This document shows, piece after piece, positions 13,501-26,219 of a stretch of DNA of 64,000 bases (position 1 is the stretch's first letter; every line of letters starts with the position of its first letter). This DNA is from Takakia lepidozioides. Lineage: Eukaryota; Plantae; Bryophyta. The stretch lies in assembly GCA_030704615.1 (NCBI GenBank), contig CM060731.1:64418001-64482000 (forward strand), read 5' to 3'. The translations under genes were made by a program, and so were the position numbers. The notes under the pieces are model-generated. The model was not told the DNA's origin. It ran no database searches and saw nothing but the letters and a program-made list of their open reading frames with translations.

Positions 13501-14094
13501 TCACAGACCAATCCAAGCTCACAAGGCTACAGACATAAGCAGTGGACACAAGAGGTCCTTTGGAGTGAGGGTTGGTTAAATCGTCCTTGGGTGAAAGAAG
13601 AGCTAGCTGCTTTCATAACACAAGGGCAAGGACAATGTGGTGAGTGCACCTTCTTCTTCAACACATTCAGTCTTATTTTTTCCTCTTATCAGATTCCTCC
13701 CTAGTTTTTCATCTCAAGTTTTGTAAGTTAGATTAGTTGGTGGATCTATGGTGGTTCCGACTGTTCTATACATGTTACTGCCTATGGGGTGACAGGCAAA
13801 TATCTGAAACCATACCGGAGACAAGGAAAACTTTTGGAAGGAATTTTTTTTAACCCCTGCCAGTGGGGGACAATCGCGGCAGCAAGGTCGGCTGTTCTCT
13901 CGCAGAAGAAGCAGACACAATGATACATTGAAAAGTTGTTGCATATTTTCAAATTCCCTCTCTCCCCAACACATTTTGAAAGTCTTGTCAGCAATGCAGC
14001 ATAGTAATCAGTGTGTACTAAGTAGGGTTGGTGTGTTTGCCAGGTAAATTTTTAGGTTGTCATTGTCGGCTGCTAGCAGCAAAGGGGAGGATCT

Positions 14095-17000
14095 ATGCAT
14101 TATCATTGCCAAGGCAGGGATGGATTGTCGGTCCAGATCCATCCAAGAGGGTTGGACTTCAAGCACAGGAGTACCAATAAGGCTCTGTGTATTGATAGCT
14201 ACAACAAACCTGCATGGGTAGGTGGTCAACTGGAAGCAGCAGCTCTGATAAAATCTGGCACCTCCACCAGGGCAACTGATTTGGATGGAGGACCAAGAGA
14301 GGGGGTCCACAAGATCTCTTATGCCACTGGTGAGCATGTGAGAACACGATGTGATGCTGGACAACTCAAAGAGGCTCTTCAAATTTTAAGCCAAGGAGGC
14401 ATTGCTGCAGATTCAGAAACTTATGTCTATCTGTTGCATAAGTGCATCAAGATGAAAGGCCTGTTAGCGGGGAAGCAGGTGCATGCTCACATTATCCGAA
14501 GTGGATTCAAGCCAAACATGTTTCTATATAACACCCTTGTCGATATGTATGTCAAATGTGGGAGCATCATAGATGCACACCAAGTGTTTGACAAAATGCC
14601 TGAACGAGGTTTGATCACATTTAATATAATGATAGCAGGCTTTAGCAAGCATGGGTGTGGTAAGAATGCCTTGGAGATATATGAGCAAATGATACGGGAA
14701 GGGGTGAGGCCCAACCAGATCACATTTGTCTGCATTTGCAAGGCGTGTGCGACCCTGGACGCCCTGGAAAAGGGGAAAGAGGTCCATGCTGACATCATGA
14801 AAACTGGAATTGTACCAAATATGATTCTGAACAATACCCTCATGAACATGTATTCCAAATGCGGGAGCATGGAGGATGCAAAGAGAGTGTTTGACAGTAT
14901 GGCAGGACGAGATGTGGTCTCCTGGAGTGTGATGATTGCAGGATATGCCCAGCATGGGTGTGGCAGGAATGCCTTGGAGACCTATGACCAAATGATGTGG
15001 GACGGGGTGAAACCGGATCGGGTCACATTTGTTTGCATTTGCAATGCATGTGCAGGCCTGGCAGCTCTGGAAAAGGGCAGGGAGGTCCATACTGACATCA
15101 TGAAAGCTGGAATTGTTCCAGATGTCATTCTGAACAATACCCTTGTGGACATGTATGCCAAATGCGGTAGCATCGAGGATGCAAAGGAAGTGTTTGACAA
15201 TATGGCTGAACGAGATGTTGTGTCCTGGAATGCGATGATCGCAGGATATGCCCAGCATGGGTGTGGTAGGAATGCCTTGGAGACATACGAGCAAATGATG
15301 TGGGAAGGAGTGAAGCCAGACCAGGTCACGTTCATTTGCATTTGTAATGCATGTGCAGGCATAACAGACCTGGAAAAGGGCAAGGAGGTCCATATGGACA
15401 TCATGAAAGCTGGAATTATACCAGGTGCCATTTTGAACAATACCCTTGTGGACATGTATGCCAAATGCGGGAGCATGAAGGAGGCAAAGGAAGTGTTTGA
15501 CAATATGGTTGAACGAGATGTGGTGTCGTGGAGCGCGATGATTGCAGGATTTACCCAGCATGGTTGTGGTAGGAACGCCTTGGAGACCTATGAGCAAATG
15601 ATGTGGGAAAGGGTAAAGCCCAACCGCGTTACGTTTGTTTGCGTTTGCAATGCATGTGCGAGCCTGGCAGCCCTGGAAAAGGGCAAAGAGGTCCATAGTG
15701 ATATTATGAAAGCTGGAATTCTACCAGATGTCATTCTAAGCAATACCCTCATGGACATGTATGCCAAATGCGGGAGCATGGAGGATGCAAAGGAAGTGTT
15801 TGACAATATGGCTGAACGAGATGTTGTTTCTTGGAGTGCGATGATTGCTGGATATGCCCAGAATGGTTGTGGTAGGAACTCTCTGGAGACCTATGATAAA
15901 ATGATGTGGGAAGGGGTGAAGCCCAACTGGGTCACGTTTGTTTGCGTTGGCAATGCTTGTGCTGGCCTGGCAGCCCTGGCAAAGGGCAAAGAGGTCCATA
16001 CTGACATCATGAAAGCTGGAATTGTACCAGATATCATTCTGAACAATACACTCGTGGACATGTATGCCAAATGTGGAAGCATGGAGGATGCGAAGGAAGT
16101 GTTTGACAATATGGCTGAAAGAGATGTTGTGTCCTGGAATGCGATGATTGCAGGATATTCCAAGCATAGCTGTGGTAGGAAGGCCTTGGAGACCTATGAC
16201 CAAATGATTGGGGAAGGAGTGAAGCCAGATCGAGTCACGTTTGTTTGTGTTTGCAATGCATGTGCAGGCCTGGCAGCCCTGGAAAAGGGCAAAGAGGTTC
16301 ATACTGACATCATGACGGCTGGAATTGTACCAGATGTCATTCTGAATAATACCCTCGTGGACATGTATGCCAAATGTGGTAGCATGGAGGATGCAAAGGA
16401 AGTGTTTGACAATATGGCTGAACGAGATGTTGTGTCCTGGAGTGCGATGATCGCAGGATATGCCCAGCATCATTGTGGTAGGAATGCCTTGGAGACCTAT
16501 GAGCAAATGACATGGGCAGGGGTGAAGCCAGACACGGTCACATTTGTCTCTGTTTGCAATGCATGTGCAGGCCTGGCAGCCCTGGAAAAGGGCAAAGAGG
16601 TCCATACTGACATCACAAAAGCTGCAATTGTACCAGATGCTATTCTGAACAATACCCTCATGGACATGTATGCCAAATGTGGCAGCATGGTGGATGCAAA
16701 GGAAGTTTTTGACAATATGGCTGAACGAAATGTGGTGACCTGGAATGTGATGATTGCAGGATATGCCCAGCATGGTCGTCCGAGGGAGGCCCTGCAATTA
16801 TTTCAAGGAATGCAAAAGGAAGGCTTGAAGCCAGACAATATCACCTTTATATGTGTTCTCTCTGCATGTAGCCATGTTGGCTTAGTGGATGAAGGCAAAC
16901 ACTACTTCAAATCCCTCAGTCAAGATCATGGCCTCACTCCTACAGTGGAGCATTTGGGCTGCATGGTGGACCTCCTTGGCCGTGCAGGGCAATTGGATGA

Positions 17001-17658
17001 GGCAGAGGACTTCATCAACAAAAGTCCTCCAATAAAATCGGATGTTGTGGCATGGAGAGCCTTGCTTGGTGCGTGTGGAATTCATGGCAATGTGGAGGTG
17101 GCAGAACGTGCTGCAAAGTCCATTCTCTGTTGGGATAGACAGGACACTGCAACTTATGTGTTGCTATCAAACATCTATAGTGCAGCTGGCAGGTGGAATG
17201 ATGCTGCAAAGGTGAGAAAAATGATGAAGGTCAGAGGTGTCAGAAAGCAGCCAGGTCGCTGCTGGATCGAGGTCGGCAACAGGGTGCACACTTTTGTTGT
17301 GGGTGACAAATTGCATCCAAAAATTAAGGAAATCCATGCTGAGCTGAGAAGGTTATCCGTGCAGATGAAGGAGGCAGGGTATGTGCCTGACACGCGCTTT
17401 GTATTGCATGATTTGAAGGAGGAGCAAAAAGAATTTTCTCTTTGCTACCACAGTGAGAAGCTGGCTATTGCTTTTGGGCTGATCAGCAGCTCCCCTGGGA
17501 TGCCTCTCCGTCTCATCAAGAATCTTCGGGTGTGTGGTGACTGCCACAGTGCCACCAAGTTCATCTCAAAGATTGTTGGCCGAGCAATCATTGTACGGGA
17601 TGCGAACCGGTTTCACCACTTTGAAGATGGGGTTTGTTCTTGTGGGGAGTACTGGTGA
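14095..17658 (+). CDS. PLS-class pentatricopeptide repeat protein with E/E+/DYW deaminase domain (organellar C-to-U editing factor), intronless
   Basis: Eight MYxKCG-anchored PLS units at 101-aa spacing, E motifs, PG box KQPGRCWIEV, HSEKLA (HxE), CGDCH (CxxC) and a C-terminal CSCGEYW. Confidence 0.95.
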   Translation: MHYHCQGRDGLSVQIHPRGLDFKHRSTNKALCIDSYNKPAWVGGQLEAAALIKSGTSTRATDLDGGPREGVHKISYATGEHVRTRCDAGQLKEALQILSQGGIAADSETYVYLLHKCIKMKGLLAGKQVHAHIIRSGFKPNMFLYNTLVDMYVKCGSIIDAHQVFDKMPERGLITFNIMIAGFSKHGCGKNALEIYEQMIREGVRPNQITFVCICKACATLDALEKGKEVHADIMKTGIVPNMILNNTLMNMYSKCGSMEDAKRVFDSMAGRDVVSWSVMIAGYAQHGCGRNALETYDQMMWDGVKPDRVTFVCICNACAGLAALEKGREVHTDIMKAGIVPDVILNNTLVDMYAKCGSIEDAKEVFDNMAERDVVSWNAMIAGYAQHGCGRNALETYEQMMWEGVKPDQVTFICICNACAGITDLEKGKEVHMDIMKAGIIPGAILNNTLVDMYAKCGSMKEAKEVFDNMVERDVVSWSAMIAGFTQHGCGRNALETYEQMMWERVKPNRVTFVCVCNACASLAALEKGKEVHSDIMKAGILPDVILSNTLMDMYAKCGSMEDAKEVFDNMAERDVVSWSAMIAGYAQNGCGRNSLETYDKMMWEGVKPNWVTFVCVGNACAGLAALAKGKEVHTDIMKAGIVPDIILNNTLVDMYAKCGSMEDAKEVFDNMAERDVVSWNAMIAGYSKHSCGRKALETYDQMIGEGVKPDRVTFVCVCNACAGLAALEKGKEVHTDIMTAGIVPDVILNNTLVDMYAKCGSMEDAKEVFDNMAERDVVSWSAMIAGYAQHHCGRNALETYEQMTWAGVKPDTVTFVSVCNACAGLAALEKGKEVHTDITKAAIVPDAILNNTLMDMYAKCGSMVDAKEVFDNMAERNVVTWNVMIAGYAQHGRPREALQLFQGMQKEGLKPDNITFICVLSACSHVGLVDEGKHYFKSLSQDHGLTPTVEHLGCMVDLLGRAGQLDEAEDFINKSPPIKSDVVAWRALLGACGIHGNVEVAERAAKSILCWDRQDTATYVLLSNIYSAAGRWNDAAKVRKMMKVRGVRKQPGRCWIEVGNRVHTFVVGDKLHPKIKEIHAELRRLSVQMKEAGYVPDTRFVLHDLKEEQKEFSLCYHSEKLAIAFGLISSSPGMPLRLIKNLRVCGDCHSATKFISKIVGRAIIVRDANRFHHFEDGVCSCGEYW

Positions 17659-19648
17659 AACGATGTTTTTTCTTGTAGGGTGTGTGCCTCTTGCTTCAGT
17701 CATTAAAATTATGCTGCTTCCTGGTTCAGTGACTGTTCTCTGGGGGTATTGGCTTTGAATCCAAGAGCCTGATTGTGGGGCCTACCCACCAGCCAGAATC
17801 GCAACTTGGTCTCGCATAACCATTGGCAATCTTATTACAGCCATTAACTGTGTGACAGGTGCTGTCATTGGACTGGACAAGAGTGCCTCAGAGGGAGAGA
17901 GTTCAGTGTTGTCATGTCCATACAAGATATCACTCATTCACACAAAATCAGTCAAGAATTTTGTTGACATCATAAACAGGCCTATCATACATTAGTCTCT
18001 ATTTTATTTTCAGCTAACCTCTTGTCTGGGTGGGAAGTAGATCTTTCTCAAACTCCAGCCATATTCTCTACCCATATTGTAACATACTTGTCTACCACTT
18101 TGGCCCATACAATTCACTCCTCTGGAGCTTTCTTTGACAATGCACATCTCCCATGCTGCTTGTGTTCTCTCCTTTCACCTCTTATCGCCCTCAATGGGAA
18201 AGCACCTGGACTTCACTTAACTGGGTTTGACCCAACCAAAGTTGTCGGGCACGCATATTCTCCACACCTTTGAATATGTTGCCAAGTCAGTGTAGCCCAG
18301 GTCGTAGGGCACCACTATGGGCCGACTTCATAGCCCACATCCTCATATGAGCAAACTCATATGAGCAAACTGGAACCTGGAGAGTCAAAATCCTTAACTT
18401 GGCACTAGTGGACAAAGCCCCCTTCCAAACTTTTTCTTCAATTTTAAAGAGAAGGACGGAGTGTAATATATATATATATGATGCCACCCGAAGCTAGCGT
18501 AAATAAGAGCCTCTTCCCCATGCAGGCACTTCCCCTTCCCCTTTCCCCTTTCGGGGATGGGCTCTATCCAACTGTAACATGTCACACCGTGGCTAGCTGG
18601 CCACTTTCAATCTTACATTTATTAAAGGTGTGAAGGCCCATTCTCTCCTCATCTAGAATTCTCCTTATTCATCTGTTCTGCGATACTCATTCATTTGTAT
18701 AATTTTTTAGCTTAGTGTACCGTTAAACCGTTACACTCATGGTTAGTTTAGGGGTTAGTTAGCTAGATGGCAACATCTGCGGCATTATCTAATCTATGGC
18801 TCAAAAACGGCGTCGCGTGGCTGGCCTATAGCTCCTCGCCACACGGCAGGCAGCAGAAGCCTAGGGTTTTAGTATGAGTCGGCGGCCTGACATGAGGTTA
18901 GACAGCTGGTGTACTCTGGTGTTATGTGTGATCGTGATCGTGCTATAGATGAGAGCTTTGGTGTCAGGCATCCCGCGTTGATCCTCCTCTTGCGCATTGT
19001 TTCTCTTTTCTTGCTTGCCCCTTCGTGTGAAATCAGACTCTTGAGAGGAAAAGAGCATATCCTTTGAGTCAGTTTTGTGGTGGAGTCTCGACGGGTATTT
19101 TTTTCTAGGTTGCAAGGTTGCTTGTTAGGAGAAGGTCACCTGTTTAGGGCTGTTTAGGTTGGTTGTTTATATGACGTGTTCATGCTTGGTAACCTAGTTA
19201 TGTTTCTGATGGATTGTGTTGGCTCAATTGAAGGATGATGTGAAGAAGACTACAGTTTCTAAAGTTCAGGAAGAGAAAGAAGTAGGATCCATGTGAAACT
19301 CTCGGATCAAAATCTTTTTCCCATGATTGGAATCTGTTTTTCCACTCCATTTCATTCAGTTGTCTTATGTTCATATGCTTTTATATATGTGGCTGTGACT
19401 TATATCTTGGTTAGAAACTCGTATGTGTACATTGACAAATTGTATGTGTACGTTGAGATTGTGTAGGCTGAGGAAGGTGAGGGTATGAACGAGGTGGTGG
19501 TGAATAAAGGGGGAGATGGGCTTGCATCAACGTCAGATTCACATGCGAGGCTTTTTGGAGGGAGACTTACCAGAATTGGAATACTTATAGACATTTTCAA
19601 CCGAAGATACTTGTTGCAGGAGATGTTTTGGAGAGCATGCAGTTTTGA

Positions 19649-20236
19649 TTGACATTCTTCTTACATAGTAAAGAGGAGTCCGAGCAGGTGACAGTTAATT
19701 GGCCCCCATTTGACCATGGTCTTCGACAGGTATCATACTCCAAGTTAATTTGGCATCACTTTCGTAAAGAGAAAGAGAAGAGTTGGAGAGAGGATGCGTA
19801 TGAGAAGGATTGGGTTGAGTTTTGCTTGTGGTACTCAGAGGCAAGGTACATTCGTGATCTACAATTGAAGGGTTTTACATTGGGTGGAGTTGATGAAAGC
19901 ATGTTGGCGTTGGGTATTCGGAAGGAGATGGTGCAATACGTGACTGTCTTGAAGCAAGACATAAATGTATCCGCTTACATCTTCTCAACAGCTATTCAGC
20001 AAAGGACAAGTGACGGCAATGGTGAGAGATCACGACCTAAGGTGCGGACATTATTGGACTCGGCAGTGTTTGACTTGTCTGCTGGTATGAAAGAAAACCT
20101 ACTTCGGATGATACAGGACCTAACAGTTTTAACCTCCAGAAGTATTCCAGGATTTGAAACTTCGTTTCAAAATGCAATTGCATTTTTTGAAACATGTCCT
20201 CGAAAACCATCCAGCTCAGGATTAGGAAATGTCTGA
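19649..20236 (+). CDS. Unassigned 195-codon ORF, possibly an exon of an unknown or TE-derived gene
   Basis: Long open frame with protein-like composition and a non-ATG start; no family recognised. Confidence 0.3.
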   Translation: MTFFLHSKEESEQVTVNWPPFDHGLRQVSYSKLIWHHFRKEKEKSWREDAYEKDWVEFCLWYSEARYIRDLQLKGFTLGGVDESMLALGIRKEMVQYVTVLKQDINVSAYIFSTAIQQRTSDGNGERSRPKVRTLLDSAVFDLSAGMKENLLRMIQDLTVLTSRSIPGFETSFQNAIAFFETCPRKPSSSGLGNV

Positions 20237-20774
20237 TGTTGTGTCTCAGCATAATCCTCCTCCCCCATAGTTTCCAATGAGTGGTGAATCAATTGAAATA
20301 AAGTAAGTTACTTCTTATTGTTTTGTACTTCTTCTCTTCAATTGATTATGATGAATGAGACCTAATAGGCATGTGTCTCTATTTCATTACCCGTTCCTTT
20401 TCTCCACAACTTGGCACTTGCAAGACGTATGAATGCCTATTTGATCAAGTTATTTGTTAACTGTTGTTCTTGTATGTGGCAGTTCCAGAGTCAGGAGGAC
20501 ATTGAAGTGAGGAGGGAGTTCATTTTGTCTTGTCCACACTTGTAACAAGTAGTTTGTTACAAACTCCGTGCCTTTAGTTAGCCCTAACGAAATCCACACT
20601 TTGGTAGGCAGAGATTATTGTCTCTTCATCTGTCTGTCTCTAGAACCATCTCTTGCTACTTGTTCATTCATTATCTGTCTCCAAACTTTAAAGCTCATAT
20701 AACCATTGTTGAAACTGCCTCACAAATGGCTTCATCCTACTATTTCAATTGGAAGGTTCACACCTGCTAAGTGA

Positions 20775-21330
20775 GATACAACTTTCTTTGCAACGTGTGC
20801 AATCTTCGGAATGTCAGTTCATCCACTGGTGCCAAGTAGTCGATGGCCCCATCGAGGGTGCCAAAGAGAACGACATATCTATTTGATCGAGCACTGCCAG
20901 GAAGCATCTGTAGACGGTGAAACTTGTTGACATGAGCACCCAGATGGAACTCGGCTCTTGACAGTAACTTCTGACCCTTCCAGCTCTCCATACTTTTGGG
21001 AGCATATGAGAAGATCTGTTTGATTTTCATCAATTCAAGGCATATTAGTACTCAACGAATTTGGGAGCATCCATATTATTATCAGCATAAGGGTAAAATA
21101 GCTTAGGCCCTTTACAAATACATTAAGGCTCTGAGTGTACACCGATGGTAAGATGCATCGGGACTGAGTCTCAAGCCATAAACTGCGATATTAGTAAATA
21201 GGTGCAAGGTCTATAGAAATGTAGACTCACGAAATAGATGAAAAACATTCCTGCATGTTCTTCCGGCTAGCCGACACTAGAAGACTGAGTGTGCTTCCAT
21301 CGAGCAGAAACTTTGTTACATTGAAAGCTA
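20775..21330 (-). pseudogene. CPSF160: Two-exon fragment of CPSF160 (cleavage and polyadenylation specificity factor subunit 1), C-terminal region
   Basis: TKFLLDGSTLSLLVSASRKNMQ (~21250-21320) followed by IFSYAPKSMESWKGQKLLSRAEFHLGAHV...LFGTLDGAI...DELTFRRLHTLQRKL. The rest of the gene is absent. Confidence 0.75.
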
Positions 21331-21721
21331 ACTTTTGACTATTAGGAGTTTGATTATTCGATAACGATCTTGGTCTCTGTGAAATTATCAAGAAGTATTT
21401 GATAATTAAATGGTTGTTCATCATGTTTTTGTCTGTATAGATCCACAACAAAACGATATGGATTATGGTGTGTACAACCTATGGACCAGATTCAAAGATT
21501 CAGAGATCATTACAGTTCTACAGACATAGACCTAAGCATTTCTATGCTCGTGGTGTGAATTTTGTTCAGTGTCAAGGTGAAGCAAATGTCATTCATGGAC
21601 ACTCAGAAACGATACTTATAGTATACTATAGATATAGAAATAGCACATTGGCAGCTGGTGCAAAACTAGAGACAATGCACTGTGCGTAGCATGCAAAGAG
21701 GGAAGGGGTGACGTTCAAAGC

Positions 21722-24700
21722 ATGTACAGTGCAGGTGGTGAACGGATGCGTAGGCGTAGAATAGATGACCGTCTATGGCGAATGGAAGAAGCTTATGCCA
21801 CAAGGAATGGGCATACAAAAATGCTATGCAACTGCGATGAGTGTCATGGAAGAAAAGTACTCTTGTTGGAAATAGTGAGGAATCATTACATGATACACGG
21901 GAGGGATCCTCTTCTCCAACGCTGTTCTCTTCCGGTAAGATCGTCACTTTCCCTTCAGCACTTTAGTTTGAATTTTGAATGCAACGATCCTCTTCTCCAC
22001 ATGTCGACATTTCATTGGGTGATTGTAGTCAAGAAGTCATAAGATACAGACGTGAGTATGACTACGTCACTTCCGTTATCACTTTAATTAATGCACATGT
22101 CGTGTTTTCATTGGTCATGTGTAGTCATGTAGTCATATATGACTAAGTAAGTGACTGCAACTAGGACTTCAATGGTTACAAATGTCGTGTTTTGATTGGG
22201 TGTATATTCATAAGATACATACGTAAATATGACTGTATCACTGCAACGTCACCGTGCCTCCTATGTCATAGTATGAACAAGTGTCACATCGTTGTTGGTC
22301 CACTCACAAGATGACTATTGAGATGCAGGGATGTGAATATTCAGATGATGAAGACGAAGGCCCTGCGGCACAGCGGGAGCCCAATGTCACAGAGAACGCA
22401 GATGAGAGTGGTGGATTGGAGGTAGAAATGCAGCGTGCATTGCAGGAAGCGTTTTTCTTTGCAGATGCAAACAGAGAGGACCCCATTCATGGTGGAACCG
22501 ATCACACATTTGCCGATCATGACGATGATCTCGACGATTCCGGAGACAATGAATTTGATGAGAATGCTCACCTGCACGTTGATCCCGAGTATGATAAACT
22601 CTTCCGAGCGTCGCAATGTCCACTTTTTGAAGGGTGCTCCATCAGCCGGCTGCAAGCAACTTTGACGTTGCTGAACGTATGCACTACCCACAAGTGCACC
22701 AATGCATTTGTGGATGAGCTTCTGGGATTGTTGCGTAAGAGTTTTTTGCCTAAAGAGAATTCATTGCCAAAAACTCACTATGAAGCAAAAACCATGATTG
22801 CCAAGATGGGATTGTAGTACACGATGATTCATGCCTGTGAGCGTGGTTGTGTACTCTTCCGTGGGGAGTATGAGAACGTAGACATTTGCCCAGTGTGCCG
22901 CAGTTCCCGTTACATTCCAGGTCGTGGAAGTGTGCCCAAGAAAGTATTGCGACACTTCCCTGTCATTCCAAGGTTGAAACGTATGTACCGATGTAAATCG
23001 ATCACTAACCTCATGACATGGCACGACAGACATAAGAGCCAGGATGGGTTGGTTCGACATCCAGCTGATAGCAAAGCATGGAGACACATTGACACCACAT
23101 TTGCGGATTTTGCTGCAGAGCCACGATCTATGCGATTTGGATTGGCCTTAGACGGTGTAAATCCCTACGGAGCTCAATCCACAAGTTGGAGCACATGGCC
23201 CGTTCTCTTGGTCAATTACAATCTGCCTCCGTGGTTAATGACCAAAAAGTTCTTTGCCATGTTAGCGCTACTGATTCCTAGTAAGGAGTCTGTTACCTCG
23301 GACAAGGTAGATGTTTACCTGATGCCCCTAGTGGAAGAGCTATTGGAACTATGGAGAGGGATTGCAGATCGTGATGTTTCCCGTCCTCGTGGTCAACGCG
23401 AATTCACACTGAGGGCAGTGTTGATGTGGTCAATCCATGACTACCCTGCATATGGCTTGCTCTCAGGTCAAGTGATGAAAGGTTATGCTGGTTGTCCAGC
23501 TTGTGGACCCGGGGTGACTTCACAGCAGTTACACACATGTGGAAAAATTGTTTTCCTAGGCCACTGAAGATTTTTGGCCCGCAATCATCCATATAGAAGG
23601 TCAAGAATGTTCAATGGCGCTACTGAGCATGGAACTCCTCCAAAAACGCAGACTGGAACACAAATCAAGGACCTTGCAACAGCTCGCACTGCATGGGTGG
23701 AAAACGGAGGGACGCCAGATAGCAGGACAGACCCAGCAAAAACTCATGGAGTTAAGCGATTGCCAATTTTATATGTCTTACCTTATTGGGAGGTAATTCC
23801 TTCATGGCCTTTAAATTGGCTGTGTACATTTTTGCGTTTTCTGTTTAAATTGTGATGAGTAAATGCTCAATTGCTTATGTGTTCATTTTGTAGGGTCTCC
23901 TCATCCGCCACACGTTTGATGCAATGCATTGCGAGAAGAACATGGCTGAAAATATTATTAAAACTATCTTTGGTGAGAAAGACACATTGAAAGTTCGCCG
24001 TGATTTGGAGCTACTTGGGATGCGCCCGGAATTGTGGCTACAACGTGATCCTGACAGAGCAGATACGTTAATTATGCCTCCTGCCCCTTATGTCCTCACT
24101 GAGGCTGAGTTACAAGTCTTTCTGGAGATTGTGCAGAACTTGAAAGTGCCAACAGGCTACGCATCAGCTTTCAAAAAGCATGTGGTGAAGAAGAAGTTGT
24201 CAGGCATGAAATCACATGACTATCATGTGCTCATGCAGCAAATTATACCGCTTGCTATCCGTGGGCTCATGCCAAGTGGTCCTCGAAGGGCCATTTTGCG
24301 AGTATGTCGTGTATTTAAGAAGTTGTGTGCAAAAGTGGTGAATCCTGTAGAGTATGAGGAATTGAGAACTGAAGCAGTTCTCACTCTGTGTCTTATAGAG
24401 AAGGAGTTCCCACCATCATTTTTTGATGTGATGACACATCTGGTTGTTCACCTAGTGGATGAGTTGTACTTATGCGGGCCCGTAGCATCTCGTTGGATGT
24501 ACCCCATGGAGCGGGCAATGAAAGATATGAAGGGCTACATAAGAAACATGGCAAGGCCCGAGGGGAGCATGGTAGAAGGATACCAATTTGAAGAAGCATT
24601 TGGTTTTTGCACAGAGTATATGGCAGGATTTGATGGAAGTGTACGAAGGGTGTGGGATGCAGATGAGGCAGAATCTGTGGAACGTGAAGTTGTGGAAGGA

Positions 24701-25868
24701 AGTTCTAAAGCCCGAAAATTGAATGACCTGTGTGATATTGTACATGAGTACATCATTCAGAACCATCCTCGTCTATCAGTCATGTTGGGGTAAGAAATCT
24801 ACTTCATTGACATTCAGATTTCCAAGTTTTAGTCATTTATCATTAGTTGGCATATGACGTCTTTTCAAATCTCCCACGCCACCTCTGTCAATTTCCTGGT
24901 TGACCCTCGGATTGTGACAGGATATATGAAGCAGAGTCCACATGGATAAAAGCCAGACGACGCTTGTTTCGTGAGGAGCAAGGGCTGGAAGGCATGAGCA
25001 ATCCCACGGCAATTCAGTACCCTCCTGATTTGCATCCTTGTCCTCCATTTGCTGTTTGGCTCCCTCAAGGTGTACGTGATCATCTCTCAATTCAATCAGA
25101 TGGGCTTGATCCTACAACACGTGAGGAATTACTGGATCTTTCAAGGCCTCCATCATTTACTGCCCTGTCATTCAAGAGTATGACAGCGTATGGTAACCAT
25201 TACAGGGTTACATCCCCCGGCATGAACAGTATGGTGTCTTTTGATTGTGGAGTCTCATCTGTTTTCCAGCACCAGCCCATTACCAACAATTCAGGCAATG
25301 ACATGGAGGAACCTACAAGATATGTGGGTCTTATAAGGGAGATTTTGCAAATTGACTATGGCCAAACACAGCCTATAGTGTTTTTGTGTTTGTGGGTACG
25401 GGCGAGTCGCGTGGGTCGTCAACCTATGTCAATGAAGCAGGATGATGTTGGCTTCACACTTGTCAATTTTAACCGTATGCTTCCACCTTCTGAGCAACCT
25501 TTTGTGTTTCCTGGCCAGGTTGATCAAGTGTTTTTTTCTGATTGTGTGAAGGAGCCGGGGTGAAAGTCGTCCTGGAGAAGAGCCCCCGAGCACGTAGAGT
25601 GGTCTGCGACATATCAATTGATAATGATGATGTGGCGGAAGTGGAAGGATTGTTAGCCCCACAAAGACTAGATGAGACTGTGGTTACTGATGGCCCAACA
25701 TGCAGCCGAGCGGTACCGGTTACTCTAGAGCAGGTGGCCTCCTTGTACCTCCGAGCACCCCGTATACGTGGTGATGATGTTCAGCCAACCCTTGGAGAAG
25801 ATGAAGTCTGTGATGAAGACAGTGATACATGTAGTGACCCAGACATAAATGAGGATGATGAAGATTAG
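21722..25868 (+). pseudogene. CACTA (En/Spm) TnpD-like transposase, inactivated by in-frame stops
   Basis: IHACERGCVLF, CPVC, LRHFPVIPRLKRMY, RHPADSKAW, LALDGVNP, STWPVLLVNYNLPPW, HDYPAYG, MHCEKN, MKSHDYH, FPPSFFDVMTHL and RWMYPMER. Stops at ~22815, ~23565 and ~25561; GT-AG intron at ~23792-23892. Confidence 0.92.
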
Positions 25869-26219
25869 ATATGCGCGATTTGTGCACTCCAGTTATAGAC
25901 CATGCATGATAGTTTAAGGTGGTAACACTCCCTTCGCATTCCCATTAAGATATCATGCTTGGACACTGGATTTTATGATCAATTATGGAGTGCTTTCCTT
26001 TCAGCACCCTTTATTCATTTGTTGTTGCAATTGGCTTTGGACCAACCCGTGCTGGTACCATTGCCATGGGTTCTGCCTGCAATGTTTTCTTGCCATGGAT
26101 TCGGCACACGCCACGAAAGGCCATCCAGACCATCCTCTGGAAATGCTCCAATGTTGTTTCAAACATCTCCACATTGCAATGGATACAACACTGACATTAG
26201 ATGAATGAAAGTGAGACTA

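Noticed and set aside
12355-13704. Short ORFs upstream of the PPR gene
   Set aside because: No recognisable domains or consistent exon chain; may be UTR or intergenic.
14487-16797. Long antisense ORFs over the PPR gene
   Set aside because: Shadow frames of a repetitive coding sequence with no independent motifs.
21275-21289. CACTAGAAGACTGAG as the left CACTA TIR
   Set aside because: Several mismatches to the right end, no matching TSD, and it lies inside the CPSF160-derived exon.
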